A DNA stretch of 43,183 bases. Source: an uncultured Verrucomicrobiota bacterium. Its GTDB lineage: Bacteria; Verrucomicrobiota; Verrucomicrobiia; Limisphaerales; UBA9464. Positions 16,401 through 23,858 of this stretch are shown one piece after another. Location of the stretch: contig CAZZKQ010000001.1 in NCBI GenBank assembly GCA_964654875.1, positions 1 through 43,183 on the forward strand, read 5' to 3'. A model generated the notes under the pieces. It had not been told where the DNA came from, did not search any database, and saw nothing but the letters and a program-made list of their open reading frames with translations. The translations under genes and the position numbers were made by a program. Each line of letters opens with the position of its first letter. Position 1 is the stretch's first letter.

Positions 16401-19273
16401 GCACTGAACACATTGCTCATCAGATTTCCCGAGGGGCTGAGCAGGGAAGTCAGGCGTCCCTGACTGTCGTAGGTGTACTGGGTCAGCTCCGAATTGACCG
16501 CATTGGTCATCCGAATCATCCGATGGTTCGTGTCATAGGCATAGCCCGCCTGGAACAGCCCACCTGGGCCGTAGTGAGTCAGCAGATCCTCCCCACTGCT
16601 GTCGTAGGAATAGCTGTTCGTCCGGTACAAGGTGCTCCCACTCTCGCGCCACCGTTCGATCACCTGCGTCGGATTCTGAACCTGATTCCAGGTCGTCGCT
16701 CGATACACGGAGGTGGCATCCGGCATCACCCACGCCACCACACTCGGAAGCAGATTCGTCCCTGCAAAGTTGTTCTTTCCTGAGACCTTCCCTGCGTAGT
16801 CGTACCACGTTGCCGGACCCGTGTTCACCCCATCTGGGCTGCCCTGACGCTCCCATTGGAGCACGTTCCCCACAAATCCGCTAGTCGTGCCATCATCTCC
16901 CCAACTGCTCCAATGCCGAATACGGGCATAGCGAAATTGGGTCGCACTCAGACTCGACAAGGCTGTGTTGATGTAGGTGCTGGCCGCCCGTCCCCAGTAG
17001 AAGGTGTTCCGTTGATTCGCCAGCGTGGTGTCGAGGGTTCCCAGCCATCCGGGCTCACCGCTGCTGACGCTGGGCACCGTCGGTGGCGAACTGGGGACGT
17101 TGCCATTGTTGTCGATATTGATCAGCGCAAAGATCTGCCGGGCCGAACCCGGTTCCGTGACGATAATGGAGCGGTCAATCTGATTGGTGTAGGTGTGCCC
17201 ATCGTAGCCTGTGTTGTCCTCGATGCTGAACGAAGTCGTCCCGTAGGGCGTCACCAAAGCCGAGGGGAGATCGGTGGTATCATAATCGATCCGCGACACG
17301 ATCCCGGCCACGTCCTGGATTGTCGCCAGATTGCCCTGCCCCTGATTGTCGTTGTAGGTGAAGGTCGTTGTTTCCCCATTCGGACCCACCACCCGCGTCA
17401 CGGTCTGTGGATAGCTCCCGTTGTCATAGTACAGGGTTGTCTCTGCCCCATCGGCGGCGATCACCTTCTGAAGCCGATGATACCGGTTTTCCGGCACCCC
17501 GTAGGCATTGGTCACCACGGTCCATGTCATCACAAACCGGGTCGTCTCCCCCTTCGGAGAAATCACAGCGCTTAGTGCAAAGGTGACCCCACCCTCGGTC
17601 ACCGCATTGGTGTACTGTTCCCTCCATCCGGTCGGACGCAGGGCCTCGTATCCGATCGCCGTTCCGCTGCTATACAGGATATCCACCTTCACCGGCACGG
17701 GTTTGCCCAGCCACCCCTCGGTCTCCGAGGTTCCAATCGGATAGGCATTCCCGTTCTGTGTGTCCGAAATCCAATAGGTCAGCTCTCGTCCATCGGTCCC
17801 CATCAACACCACCTGAGAGGTATCCCAGGGGCTCTGTCCCATCCGGGAGAACCACGGGCACTTCCACATCGGATCGGTCATTTGTCCCAAGCGGCTGTAA
17901 CCCGATACAAAACTCGCCTGCCGGCTCTTGTACATCACCTCCAACCGCACAGCTGGGCCGTACTTGGGCTTGTAGGTGAAGGGTCGATCCTGGATCCACA
18001 GATTCAGCCAGGGCTCATCCACGGACCACGTCGGCATTCCCACGGCACTCGAATCACACCCCAGACAGGGTTGGGTAGTGGTCCCCGCATCGAATCCCGT
18101 CCCAGGGAGTCCCGTTCCCCACGTCCCAGGGCCCCCTCCGACAGGCCCACCGGACATGCAGCAGGTTGGGGACTCCCCACCGTCCCCTTCATCCTCTGTA
18201 CAGCCACCGCCACCGCCACCGCCACCGGCATTGCCCGTGTTGCTGAGGGTTGGGAACCCCTTTCCAAACACCGTCCGAGCCTCGGCATCGGTCAACCACC
18301 GCCACCCCGCGGGCAGGTTTCCTGCCGGGATCAGAAATACCCCACTGGCCTCCTGGGCCACCTCCTCCACCTCCAACCACGTCCGCATCAAAAACGTGGG
18401 ATCCACGACCTGAACCCGATCCCCGTCCAGTGCCGTCAAAGCCGCATAGTGATCATCACCCCAATGCACCACCGAGGGCACCACCACCCCCACGCCAGAC
18501 TCCCGCCACGCCGCCCGCAATCCCAACCCAACCCCTTGAGCCTCCCGGACGAGTGCCGCAGCGCTGAACCCGCCGACCGGGGAGTCCAACCCTAGGAGCG
18601 AATAGAAACTCTCGCCCCGAAGCACCCGCCCCACCTCGAACAGCGCATACGGACCGCAGCGGAACGAGATCTCAGGATGCCGCCTCATCATTGCCAACGA
18701 CTCCATCGCCTCCCGGAACTGCATCGTCCGAAATCCTCCGTCCAACTTCCGACCCCGCATCTGCTCCTTAAGTTCCTCCAACTCGTCCACTCGTCCCAGA
18801 GAAGCCAAGACCTTCGCCCGTTCGGCCACGCACTCATCGGCCACTTCTTTCCCAAACCCTTCTGTAAATCCGTGGCAGGCCTCAAACCCCTCCCTCCACC
18901 GCTCCAACGCAAGGGCGTACCGCCCACTTGAACGGTAGAAACGACCCAGTTGGCGTCGGATGTCGGGATTGTAGGGGGAATCCGGATTCTCTTTCAGGTA
19001 GACCTCCAACTCCGCCATCTGTTGCCGGAGCATGCCCGGACTGGGATTCGCCCCCGCCCGGGCCATCGAACGGTACTTCGTCGACAAATCCTCCAACCGC
19101 GACACCTGTTCCGCCGAAGCCAACCTACCTCCCACGACGCGCACCTCATCCCGGAAACCTCGGATTTCAATCGCTTTGCCCGGAACTTCTCCGGCAATCA
19201 AACAAGGACCAAGGACTAGACTCAGGAGGAGCCCGCCAAGAAGGGCGAGACCTCGGAGGAAAAACAGGAACAT
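13436..19273 (-). CDS. rhs: RHS/YD-repeat polymorphic toxin (Rhs-1) with a signal peptide, TPR-like region, C39-like cysteine peptidase domain, poly-Gly linker, RHS shell and 122-aa C-terminal tip
   Basis: There are dozens of YD repeats (YxYDxxGRL). The core ends YRFYDPSSQRWLNRDPLGEEGGINLYRFVRNNSVTGIDPDG. The start is placed at ATG 19273 (MFLFFLRGLALLGGLLLSLVLG...). The ORF is open to 19444, and a conserved upstream TTG/ATG is discussed in the findings. Confidence 0.9.
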   Translation of the reverse strand: MFLFFLRGLALLGGLLLSLVLGPCLIAGEVPGKAIEIRGFRDEVRVVGGRLASAEQVSRLEDLSTKYRSMARAGANPSPGMLRQQMAELEVYLKENPDSPYNPDIRRQLGRFYRSSGRYALALERWREGFEACHGFTEGFGKEVADECVAERAKVLASLGRVDELEELKEQMRGRKLDGGFRTMQFREAMESLAMMRRHPEISFRCGPYALFEVGRVLRGESFYSLLGLDSPVGGFSAAALVREAQGVGLGLRAAWRESGVGVVVPSVVHWGDDHYAALTALDGDRVQVVDPTFLMRTWLEVEEVAQEASGVFLIPAGNLPAGWRWLTDAEARTVFGKGFPTLSNTGNAGGGGGGGGCTEDEGDGGESPTCCMSGGPVGGGPGTWGTGLPGTGFDAGTTTQPCLGCDSSAVGMPTWSVDEPWLNLWIQDRPFTYKPKYGPAVRLEVMYKSRQASFVSGYSRLGQMTDPMWKCPWFSRMGQSPWDTSQVVLMGTDGRELTYWISDTQNGNAYPIGTSETEGWLGKPVPVKVDILYSSGTAIGYEALRPTGWREQYTNAVTEGGVTFALSAVISPKGETTRFVMTWTVVTNAYGVPENRYHRLQKVIAADGAETTLYYDNGSYPQTVTRVVGPNGETTTFTYNDNQGQGNLATIQDVAGIVSRIDYDTTDLPSALVTPYGTTSFSIEDNTGYDGHTYTNQIDRSIIVTEPGSARQIFALINIDNNGNVPSSPPTVPSVSSGEPGWLGTLDTTLANQRNTFYWGRAASTYINTALSSLSATQFRYARIRHWSSWGDDGTTSGFVGNVLQWERQGSPDGVNTGPATWYDYAGKVSGKNNFAGTNLLPSVVAWVMPDATSVYRATTWNQVQNPTQVIERWRESGSTLYRTNSYSYDSSGEDLLTHYGPGGLFQAGYAYDTNHRMIRMTNAVNSELTQYTYDSQGRLTSLLSPSGNLMSNVFSADGLTRTTRWWDAGVAYRTNVRSRSLGVTYTRAGLNSNTLTNRTTWVVETTPYGLSVTNIYDALGRLWERRTPDRAEWFHYELFPSQSYSSSTGGKLILDRTAMVNVIGGTNYNSTTYTYDGLRRLAYRGDPNGTLTEFQYCDCGGLSQVTQGYGLSLAETTSYSRDLLGRVLKETRADGSSVTNVYDALGRLTTTSDALGSRSQSHDNLSRRKSTSSSLGTTGSWIYDAFDRVISSTDRNGVVTTNRYDAAGRMVSRALVGGGTESWGYTTAVEGATSYTNAINQVTRYAYHAAGWKTNEVIVGLMTNRFLYDGAGKMVGLWDGNQSVATSGSATNGTRWIYDGQGRLRHKVYANAVTNLTYSYDALDRLTNRWSQAMGNTEYRYDVSGNVTVVNYPSGTTDVTQAYDALNRLTNRVDAIGTTGYSYVQGRLRSEDGPWASDTVSWSYNSAGKRSQMVILQPTGNAWTNTYGWDALYRLTQVSSPAGSFSYLFAGAGDRIRNLSQPGGFWVTNTYDSLARLTDTSLRDAGNGLLNRHGYVLNAAHQRTTLSRTNSAATLWNGYGVYTYDPAGEIRTARAYDGSGTTVTAENFDYGYDSGWNILKRTNNAAVTSYAINVLNQVSNDGGSSWVHDANGNLTYRPTGGSSDLSYAYDAENQLQSVTATNDWKIDFIHDGHGRLRIRKDYTWYSSGNIWLLGSETRYLYDGMLLVQERSNANNPLVTYTRGADLSGSLDGAGGIGGLLSRGAHATTSPYGVSTSAHYYADGNGNVTMLVGSGSPSVKAYYKYDPFGQTLASGGSLASANSMRFSSKPVMGSSGLYYYGYRFYDPSSQRWLNRDPLGEEGGINLYRFVRNNSVTGIDPDGRNPAIIGRAVLWCITNPRACAAALTAASVAAGSAICAVKDAVFNSNTNGGDDDSESEEPEYKSKNRDSRPDLMGGEDSDPFKGLGPKKGTEEYEKLRRRIEKGKRGEGRGGRDNPDEPREYL
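13881..14615. repeat. Direct repeat copy 2 (inside the Rhs-1 core)
   Basis: See copy 1. Confidence 0.95.
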
Positions 19274-19412
19274 CGGAATCTGTAGGGTTGGTGGTGTTGT
19301 TTGGTTCAATCCACAGGCTCCCCTTTGGGGAAGACTGCGGGCTCTGGGATGCGAAACGCCCGAGTCCTTCAAAACCTTACGCGGAATCTTTTGATTTTTT
19401 TGAGGGGCCAAA
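19152..19412 (-). promoter_or_regulatory. Rhs-1 5' region (leader plus first ~40 codons), homologous to 36888-37140. The untranslated part (~19274-19412) is the best-conserved block.
   Basis: Manual alignment shows a shared core: CCTCAAAAAAA.C.AAAGATTC.GCGTAAGGTT.TGAAGGACTC.GGCGTTTCGCATCCCAGAGCCC on the minus strand of both copies. Confidence 0.6.
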
Positions 19413-19635
19413 ATCAAGAGGCCCAAGCGCAATCCGGACGGCAACTCGACACTCCCTATCTAGCTCAGCCCCAGGCTGTTTCACCACCACGAGACCTTAG
19501 GGTCCCCAGACCCAGTGTCCGCAGTGGCGTGGTGGAGTTGGCCTTAACAGGAGCAGAAAACACGGCCCACGCCGGCAGGAATCCGAATCCGGCCCCTACC
19601 GCTCCGCGAAAAACTCGGATATAAGGAGCAGGAGT

Positions 19636-20154
19636 ATGCCGACCCCATCCCAAACCATCCTTGGCGACATCGTTCGCTTGGGGAACTCCCCCATCAGCGA
19701 CAAAACAGTTCCCGAGCTCCAGACCCTGCTCGCCAAGGTCCTGGACTATGCGGATTCCCTCGCGGCGAAAGGGACGACTGTGGATAACCTTGCGGACTTT
19801 CAGGAGACGCTGGACGACCTGACGGGGATCGCTGACACCCTCGACGCCGCCTGTGACGCCTATGACATGGCGGACGACGACAACTCGCGGGAAGAGGCAC
19901 TCGAATCCGCCGGAGAGGCGCTGGCAGACCTTGCCGGGCCTCTCCAAGAACTCGACTCCATCGCCGAATACATTCCCAGCACGGAGACCGATGTTGCCAG
20001 GCGCTGGGCCGCCGACCTCAAACGCCTCGCAACCCTTCCACAGAGTCAATTCCGGAAGGCCCTGGACCTACTCCTCGACCAAACTCGGACCCCGAAGGAA
20101 TCCGCCGTCTTGATGGCTTTGGCCAAGGCGACAATCCTTGAGAACTCCCGTTAG
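19636..20154 (+). CDS. Acidic helical hypothetical protein. Its C-terminal third is part of a duplicated segment.
   Basis: 172-aa ORF with an AGGAG Shine-Dalgarno at 19626-19630, 5 nt upstream of the ATG. No motif recognised. It is followed directly by an out-of-frame Dam-like MTase remnant, so the ORF may itself be a chimera. Confidence 0.4.
   Translation: MPTPSQTILGDIVRLGNSPISDKTVPELQTLLAKVLDYADSLAAKGTTVDNLADFQETLDDLTGIADTLDAACDAYDMADDDNSREEALESAGEALADLAGPLQELDSIAEYIPSTETDVARRWAADLKRLATLPQSQFRKALDLLLDQTRTPKESAVLMALAKATILENSR
19887..20076. repeat. Direct repeat block 1, copy A (190 bp, about 95% identical to 21878-22067)
   Basis: Aligned by eye at an offset of 1991 bp. Translations are REEALESAGEALADLAGPLQELDSIAEYIPSTETDVARRWAADLKRLATLPQSQFRKALDLLL versus ...EAAGE...TEADVA.... 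Confidence 0.9.
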
Positions 20155-20159
20155 CGACA

Positions 20160-20338
20160 CGACTGTCATCGCCTTGGTTCCGCCTAGGACCAACTCCTCA
20201 TGGTGGCACAACACCATTGCGGGCAAGGCCGCCATCTTCTTCCTCAAGGGCCGCCTCAGCTTTGGCGATGGCAGCCAGCCCCCTTCCCTTCCAGCCTTTG
20301 CTGCGGGCGGTAGGCTCACGCCGAACGGGGTGCACTGA
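20160..20338 (+). pseudogene. C-terminal remnant of a phage-type DNA N6-adenine methyltransferase (Dam family), frameshifted
   Basis: The translation is ALVPPRTNSSWWHNTIAGKAAIFFLKGRLSFGDGSQP.... This matches the ...RTdt.WfH... and ...GRl.F... motifs of the phage Dam family. There is no N-terminal catalytic part in frame. Confidence 0.5.
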
Positions 20339-20382
20339 ACGACAAACCCGTTTTGTAAACCCCACTGGGCAAAAGTGGCTTG

Positions 20383-20408
20383 TGTTAAATAAACGTCGGT
20401 TTATTTAA
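20383..20408. promoter_or_regulatory. Perfect 11-bp inverted repeat GTTAAATAAAC-gtcg-GTTTATTTAAC, 47 nt upstream of fic, followed by a TAGTAAC direct repeat
   Basis: Read directly from the sequence. It is AT-rich in a GC-rich context. Function (operator, promoter element or recombination site) is unknown. Confidence 0.4.
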
Positions 20409-20454
20409 CGCTAGTAACACTTGTAGTAACCGCGCTTACCACAACCAAACGGCG

Positions 20455-21567
20455 ATGAAACCATTTCAGCCGGAGACACTTCCACCAAGTAACCTTGATT
20501 TGCTGGCGCTGATGCCATCGGTCGGCAAAGCCAACCGCGCCATCGCCACCCTAGAAGGCCTCTTCTACGGCATCCCCAACCCAAACGTTCTCCTTTCGCC
20601 GATCACAACCCAAGAAGCGGTGTTCTCCTCCAGGATTGAGGGCACACAGGCGGATTTTGAAGACGTTTTGAAGTTCGAGGCCGGCGAGTCACCGACGGAA
20701 TCGTCGCGGCGTGAGGACATCCATGAAATTATGAACTATCGGAAGGCGCTCCGTTTTTCCGAGCAACTTCTCAAGGAACGACCCTTTTGCCTCAACACGG
20801 TTCTCAAACTCCATGACGTCCTCATGGACAGCGTGCGGGGCCACGACAAGGGCCGCGGCCGCTTTCGGACCGTTCAGAATTGGATTGGGAAACCGGGCAC
20901 CACGATTGAGGAAGCCGCGTTCGTCCCGCCGTCTCCCTTGGACCTGCAGGACCACCTGAACCGCTGGGAAGCCTACTGGCACGCTGACGCCCCAGACCCA
21001 CTGATCCAACTCGCCCTACTCCATGCGCAGTTCGAGATTCTCCACCCCTTTATTGACGGCAACGGCCGTCTCGGACGCATGGTCATCCCGCTTTTCCTCT
21101 ACGAGAAAAAGATTCTCAGCCGCCCCTGCTTCTACCTGTCTGCGTTTTTTGAAGCGCGACAGGATGAATACATTGCAAGGCTCCGTGAGCTCGGACAACC
21201 CGGCAGCTGGACACGATGGTGCGCTTTTTTTGTGGAGGGCGTAGCCGTGCAGGCTGAAGCAAACACCACAAAGGCAAGGGCTATCCAAGACCTCTATGAG
21301 CGACTGAAGAACCAGGTGATTGACCTGACCCATTCTCAGTTCGCAGTGCCACTCCTCGATTTCATCTTCGAGCGGCCCATATTTCGCTCCAGCGACGTCA
21401 CCAAGCTAGAGCAGATGCCCAGCGCCCCCATGGTCGCCAACCTTCTCGGGAACCTTCGCCGGAACGGAATCCTCCACACCGTCCGTGAAGGTGCTGGCAG
21501 ACGACCCAACGTCCTCGCCCTAGCCGAACTCATCAACCTCTGTGAAGGAAGGAAAGTCCTCGGATGA
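20455..21567 (+). CDS. fic: Fic-family AMPylase with Fic_N and an N-terminal inhibitory helix (class II arrangement)
   Basis: The canonical HPFIDGNGRLGR motif is present. The inhibitory (S/T)xxxE(G/N) motif is SSRIEG near the N-terminus. The protein is 370 aa with a C-terminal wHTH-like tail. Confidence 0.95.
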   Translation: MKPFQPETLPPSNLDLLALMPSVGKANRAIATLEGLFYGIPNPNVLLSPITTQEAVFSSRIEGTQADFEDVLKFEAGESPTESSRREDIHEIMNYRKALRFSEQLLKERPFCLNTVLKLHDVLMDSVRGHDKGRGRFRTVQNWIGKPGTTIEEAAFVPPSPLDLQDHLNRWEAYWHADAPDPLIQLALLHAQFEILHPFIDGNGRLGRMVIPLFLYEKKILSRPCFYLSAFFEARQDEYIARLRELGQPGSWTRWCAFFVEGVAVQAEANTTKARAIQDLYERLKNQVIDLTHSQFAVPLLDFIFERPIFRSSDVTKLEQMPSAPMVANLLGNLRRNGILHTVREGAGRRPNVLALAELINLCEGRKVLG

Positions 21568-21599
21568 CCGCTAACCTTCGGCCCTTGGTATTGCCATGA

Positions 21600-21800
21600 A
21601 CTTTTGCGACTTCCGCTCTACAAAACCGAATCGCGGTGGAGTCGATCCGTGCGGAACAGGAGTACCTCGGAGTCCGGGTCACGCTTCGAGCGCGGATTGG
21701 AAATCCCCGCATTACGGTACAGGCCAACATCGGGTTCGACGACGCTTTCTCGATTGAGCCTGAGGATATTGAGTTTCCAGTCGGGCTAAGCGCGGGCCTC
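21600..21800 (+). pseudogene. Fragment (~65 codons) of an AbiEii/AbiGii-family nucleotidyltransferase toxin
   Basis: IAVESIRAEQEYLGVRVTLRARIGNPRITVQANIGFDDAFSIEPEDIEFPV resembles the ...Y.GvRv.l.a.lg.ari.lqiDiGfGD.i.P... segment. No NTase N-terminus is present and no AbiEi partner is seen. Confidence 0.5.
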
Positions 21801-21877
21801 GCGACCGAACCGACCAAGCAGGCGCACTGCAAAGCGTTTTGGCTAAAGGTCATGCGGACCTCACCAACGCCAAATTC

Positions 21878-22220
21878 TCGGGAAGAGGCACTCGAAGCGG
21901 CGGGAGAGGCACTGGCAGACCTTGCTGGGCCTCTCCAAGAACTCGACTCCATCGCCGAATACATTCCCAGCACGGAGGCCGACGTTGCTAGGCGCTGGGC
22001 CGCCGACCTCAAACGCCTCGCAACCCTTCCACAGAGTCAATTCCGGAAGGCCTTGGACCTACTCCTCATGGTGGCACAACACCATTGCGGGCAAGGCCGC
22101 CTCAGCTTTGGCGATGGCAGCCAGCCAGCCCCCTTCCCTTCCGCCCTGATTGTCTGGGGACTTAGCCCAGAAACTGCCCCCCTTCTCCGCGCTGCGATTC
22201 CCGAAGCCTGGTCACCCTGA
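21878..22220 (+). pseudogene. Second, internally deleted copy of the duplicated segment plus the Dam-like MTase C-terminus
   Basis: 21878-22067 corresponds to 19887-20076, and 22068-22142 corresponds to 20200-20292. Relative to copy A it lacks 123 bp (between ACTCCTC microhomologies) and 22 bp (between GGCCGCC microhomologies). It ends ...GRLSFGDGSQPAPFPSALIVWGLSPE.... Confidence 0.6.
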
Positions 22221-22501
22221 GGGTGGCCCGTTTGCTTAGCGTTTCAGAACCCGGGTAGAATCCTGCTGTTGGGGTTGCTCATGGCGCAGACCCCTCTCTC
22301 TGCGCTCCCACTTCAGGTTTTCACAGGGGCGGTTTGGTGAGGTCACTTTTTCGACCCTCCACCGCCCCGGAAACTCCCCTCCCGAAACACAGGTCCGCCG
22401 AAAGCGCCGGTGAGGAGGAGAAAATAATCAGCGCAGGCCAACCGGGGGCAATTCCCCGGCAGCCGTGGCAGGCCACAGGCAGCAACAGAGAGAGTCCCAC
22501 C

Positions 22502-23338
22502 ATGAGCACCACCATCAACTTCAAGGCCAGCGCCTTGAGCACCGAGACCCTGCAACTGGCCGCTCCGAGCATCTTTGCTCGGGGAGCCGCGCCGGGTTTG
22601 AGCCCCAGATACACCTTCGTCCCCACCGCGGACATCGTGGAGGGGTTACGCGAGGCCAACTGGGCTCCGGTGCACGTGGAAGAGCAGCGCCCCCGCAAGG
22701 TCGAGCGTCTGGGCTTCCAGAAGCACCTCCTCCGGTTCCGCCAGGTGGAGCAGATGCAGACCCTCGACGAGTGGAACGTGGAGCTGGTGCTCCTCAATTC
22801 CCACGACGCGGGCTGTGCCTATCAGCTCCATGCCGGAATCTACCGCCGGATCTGTTCCAACGGACTGGTGGTTTCCGAGGCGGGCTTCGAGGCGTTGCGG
22901 TTCCGGCACTCCGGCCTCGACCCCGTCGAGGTCGTCCGGGCCAGCCTGCGGGTGATTGAGTTCATGCCGCAGGTCAGTCGGCGCATCCAGGACTTCCGGA
23001 TGCGCTCGATGAGCTGGGGCGAGCAGCTCGCCTTTGCTCGGGCCGCTCTTGCGGTCCGTTTCGAGGAGGATGCTCCGGTGGACCCGGGCTCCCTCCTTCA
23101 GGCCCGGCGGGCGGAAGATTCATCTTCCGACCTCTGGACCATCCTCAACCGCGTTCAGGAACACCTGATTCGCGGTGGGGCTTCCGACGGACGACGAGAC
23201 CGAAATGGTCGACTCCGTACCGTGCGTGCCCTCCGGGGCATTGATTCGAAGGTGACGCTCAACAAGGCCCTCTGGGGTCTCGCTGAGCAGGTCATCCAAG
23301 GTTCCGAGCCCACCCCAACGGTGAGTCTGAGTGTCTAA
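22502..23338 (+). CDS. DUF932 (DUF945) family protein typical of integrative/conjugative element leading regions
   Basis: 278 aa from ATG 22502 (MSTTINFKASALSTETLQLAAPSIFA...). Also present are SPRYTFVPTADIVEGL..., LLNSHDAGCAYQLHAGIYRRICSNGLV..., and RFRH.... The ORF-track start at 22334 is probably too early. Confidence 0.8.
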   Translation: MSTTINFKASALSTETLQLAAPSIFARGAAPGLSPRYTFVPTADIVEGLREANWAPVHVEEQRPRKVERLGFQKHLLRFRQVEQMQTLDEWNVELVLLNSHDAGCAYQLHAGIYRRICSNGLVVSEAGFEALRFRHSGLDPVEVVRASLRVIEFMPQVSRRIQDFRMRSMSWGEQLAFARAALAVRFEEDAPVDPGSLLQARRAEDSSSDLWTILNRVQEHLIRGGASDGRRDRNGRLRTVRALRGIDSKVTLNKALWGLAEQVIQGSEPTPTVSLSV

Positions 23339-23858
23339 AACGCACCGGCTTCACTCGCGGACGGCTCTGAAGGTTTCCACGGCTTTTGAAGGATTGTGCC
23401 CCAAAACAACCCTTCACCCACTTTCAGGAAAACATGCTTACATTTATCGAACCGCCTCTCTACTTCGACGCGTCACCGAGGGCACCACCGTGGTCCGATC
23501 CAAGATACGCGCCGGGAGGAGCCTTTGGAGGACCCACCTTTCATTCGCTTCACCAACAGGAAGAGGCACTCCCAGCGTTAGACCCCCTTCCCTGCCCTGC
23601 TGCATCAGGCCCCGCACACGTTTCCCCGGCGACTGCCATTCAATCGGTGACGTGAGTCTCTCGGTCTCCGCCTTCTGCCCTCCTCCCGGGTTCCCTCCGC
23701 GCAGGCCTCGCGCCAGGACGGGCCCTGTCACTCGGACCTGCCCTTGCTCCGTGACCCCGTCCGTCAGGACGGCGGACCCGTGTTTCTTGCCGGAGCGGTC
23801 GTGCTCTCCCCGGACCTGCGAAGAGAGCACTCCCGCTCCTTCAAAACCCAAGAAACAC

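Noticed and set aside
13436-19444. Numerous 60-260-aa ORFs antisense or out of frame within the three RHS genes and the 1009-aa gene (e.g. 14114-14827, 15017-15793, 16856-17575, 17882-18595, 29318-30472, 34902-35576)
   Set aside because: They lie entirely inside long, motif-rich coding frames. They have Arg/Pro/Gly-rich composition typical of shadow ORFs in GC-rich DNA.
22334-23858. N-terminal extensions of the DUF932 ORF (22334-22501) and the RadC ORF (23331-23858) as given by the ORF track
   Set aside because: The extensions are low-complexity. Internal ATGs give proteins of canonical family length (278 and 178 aa).
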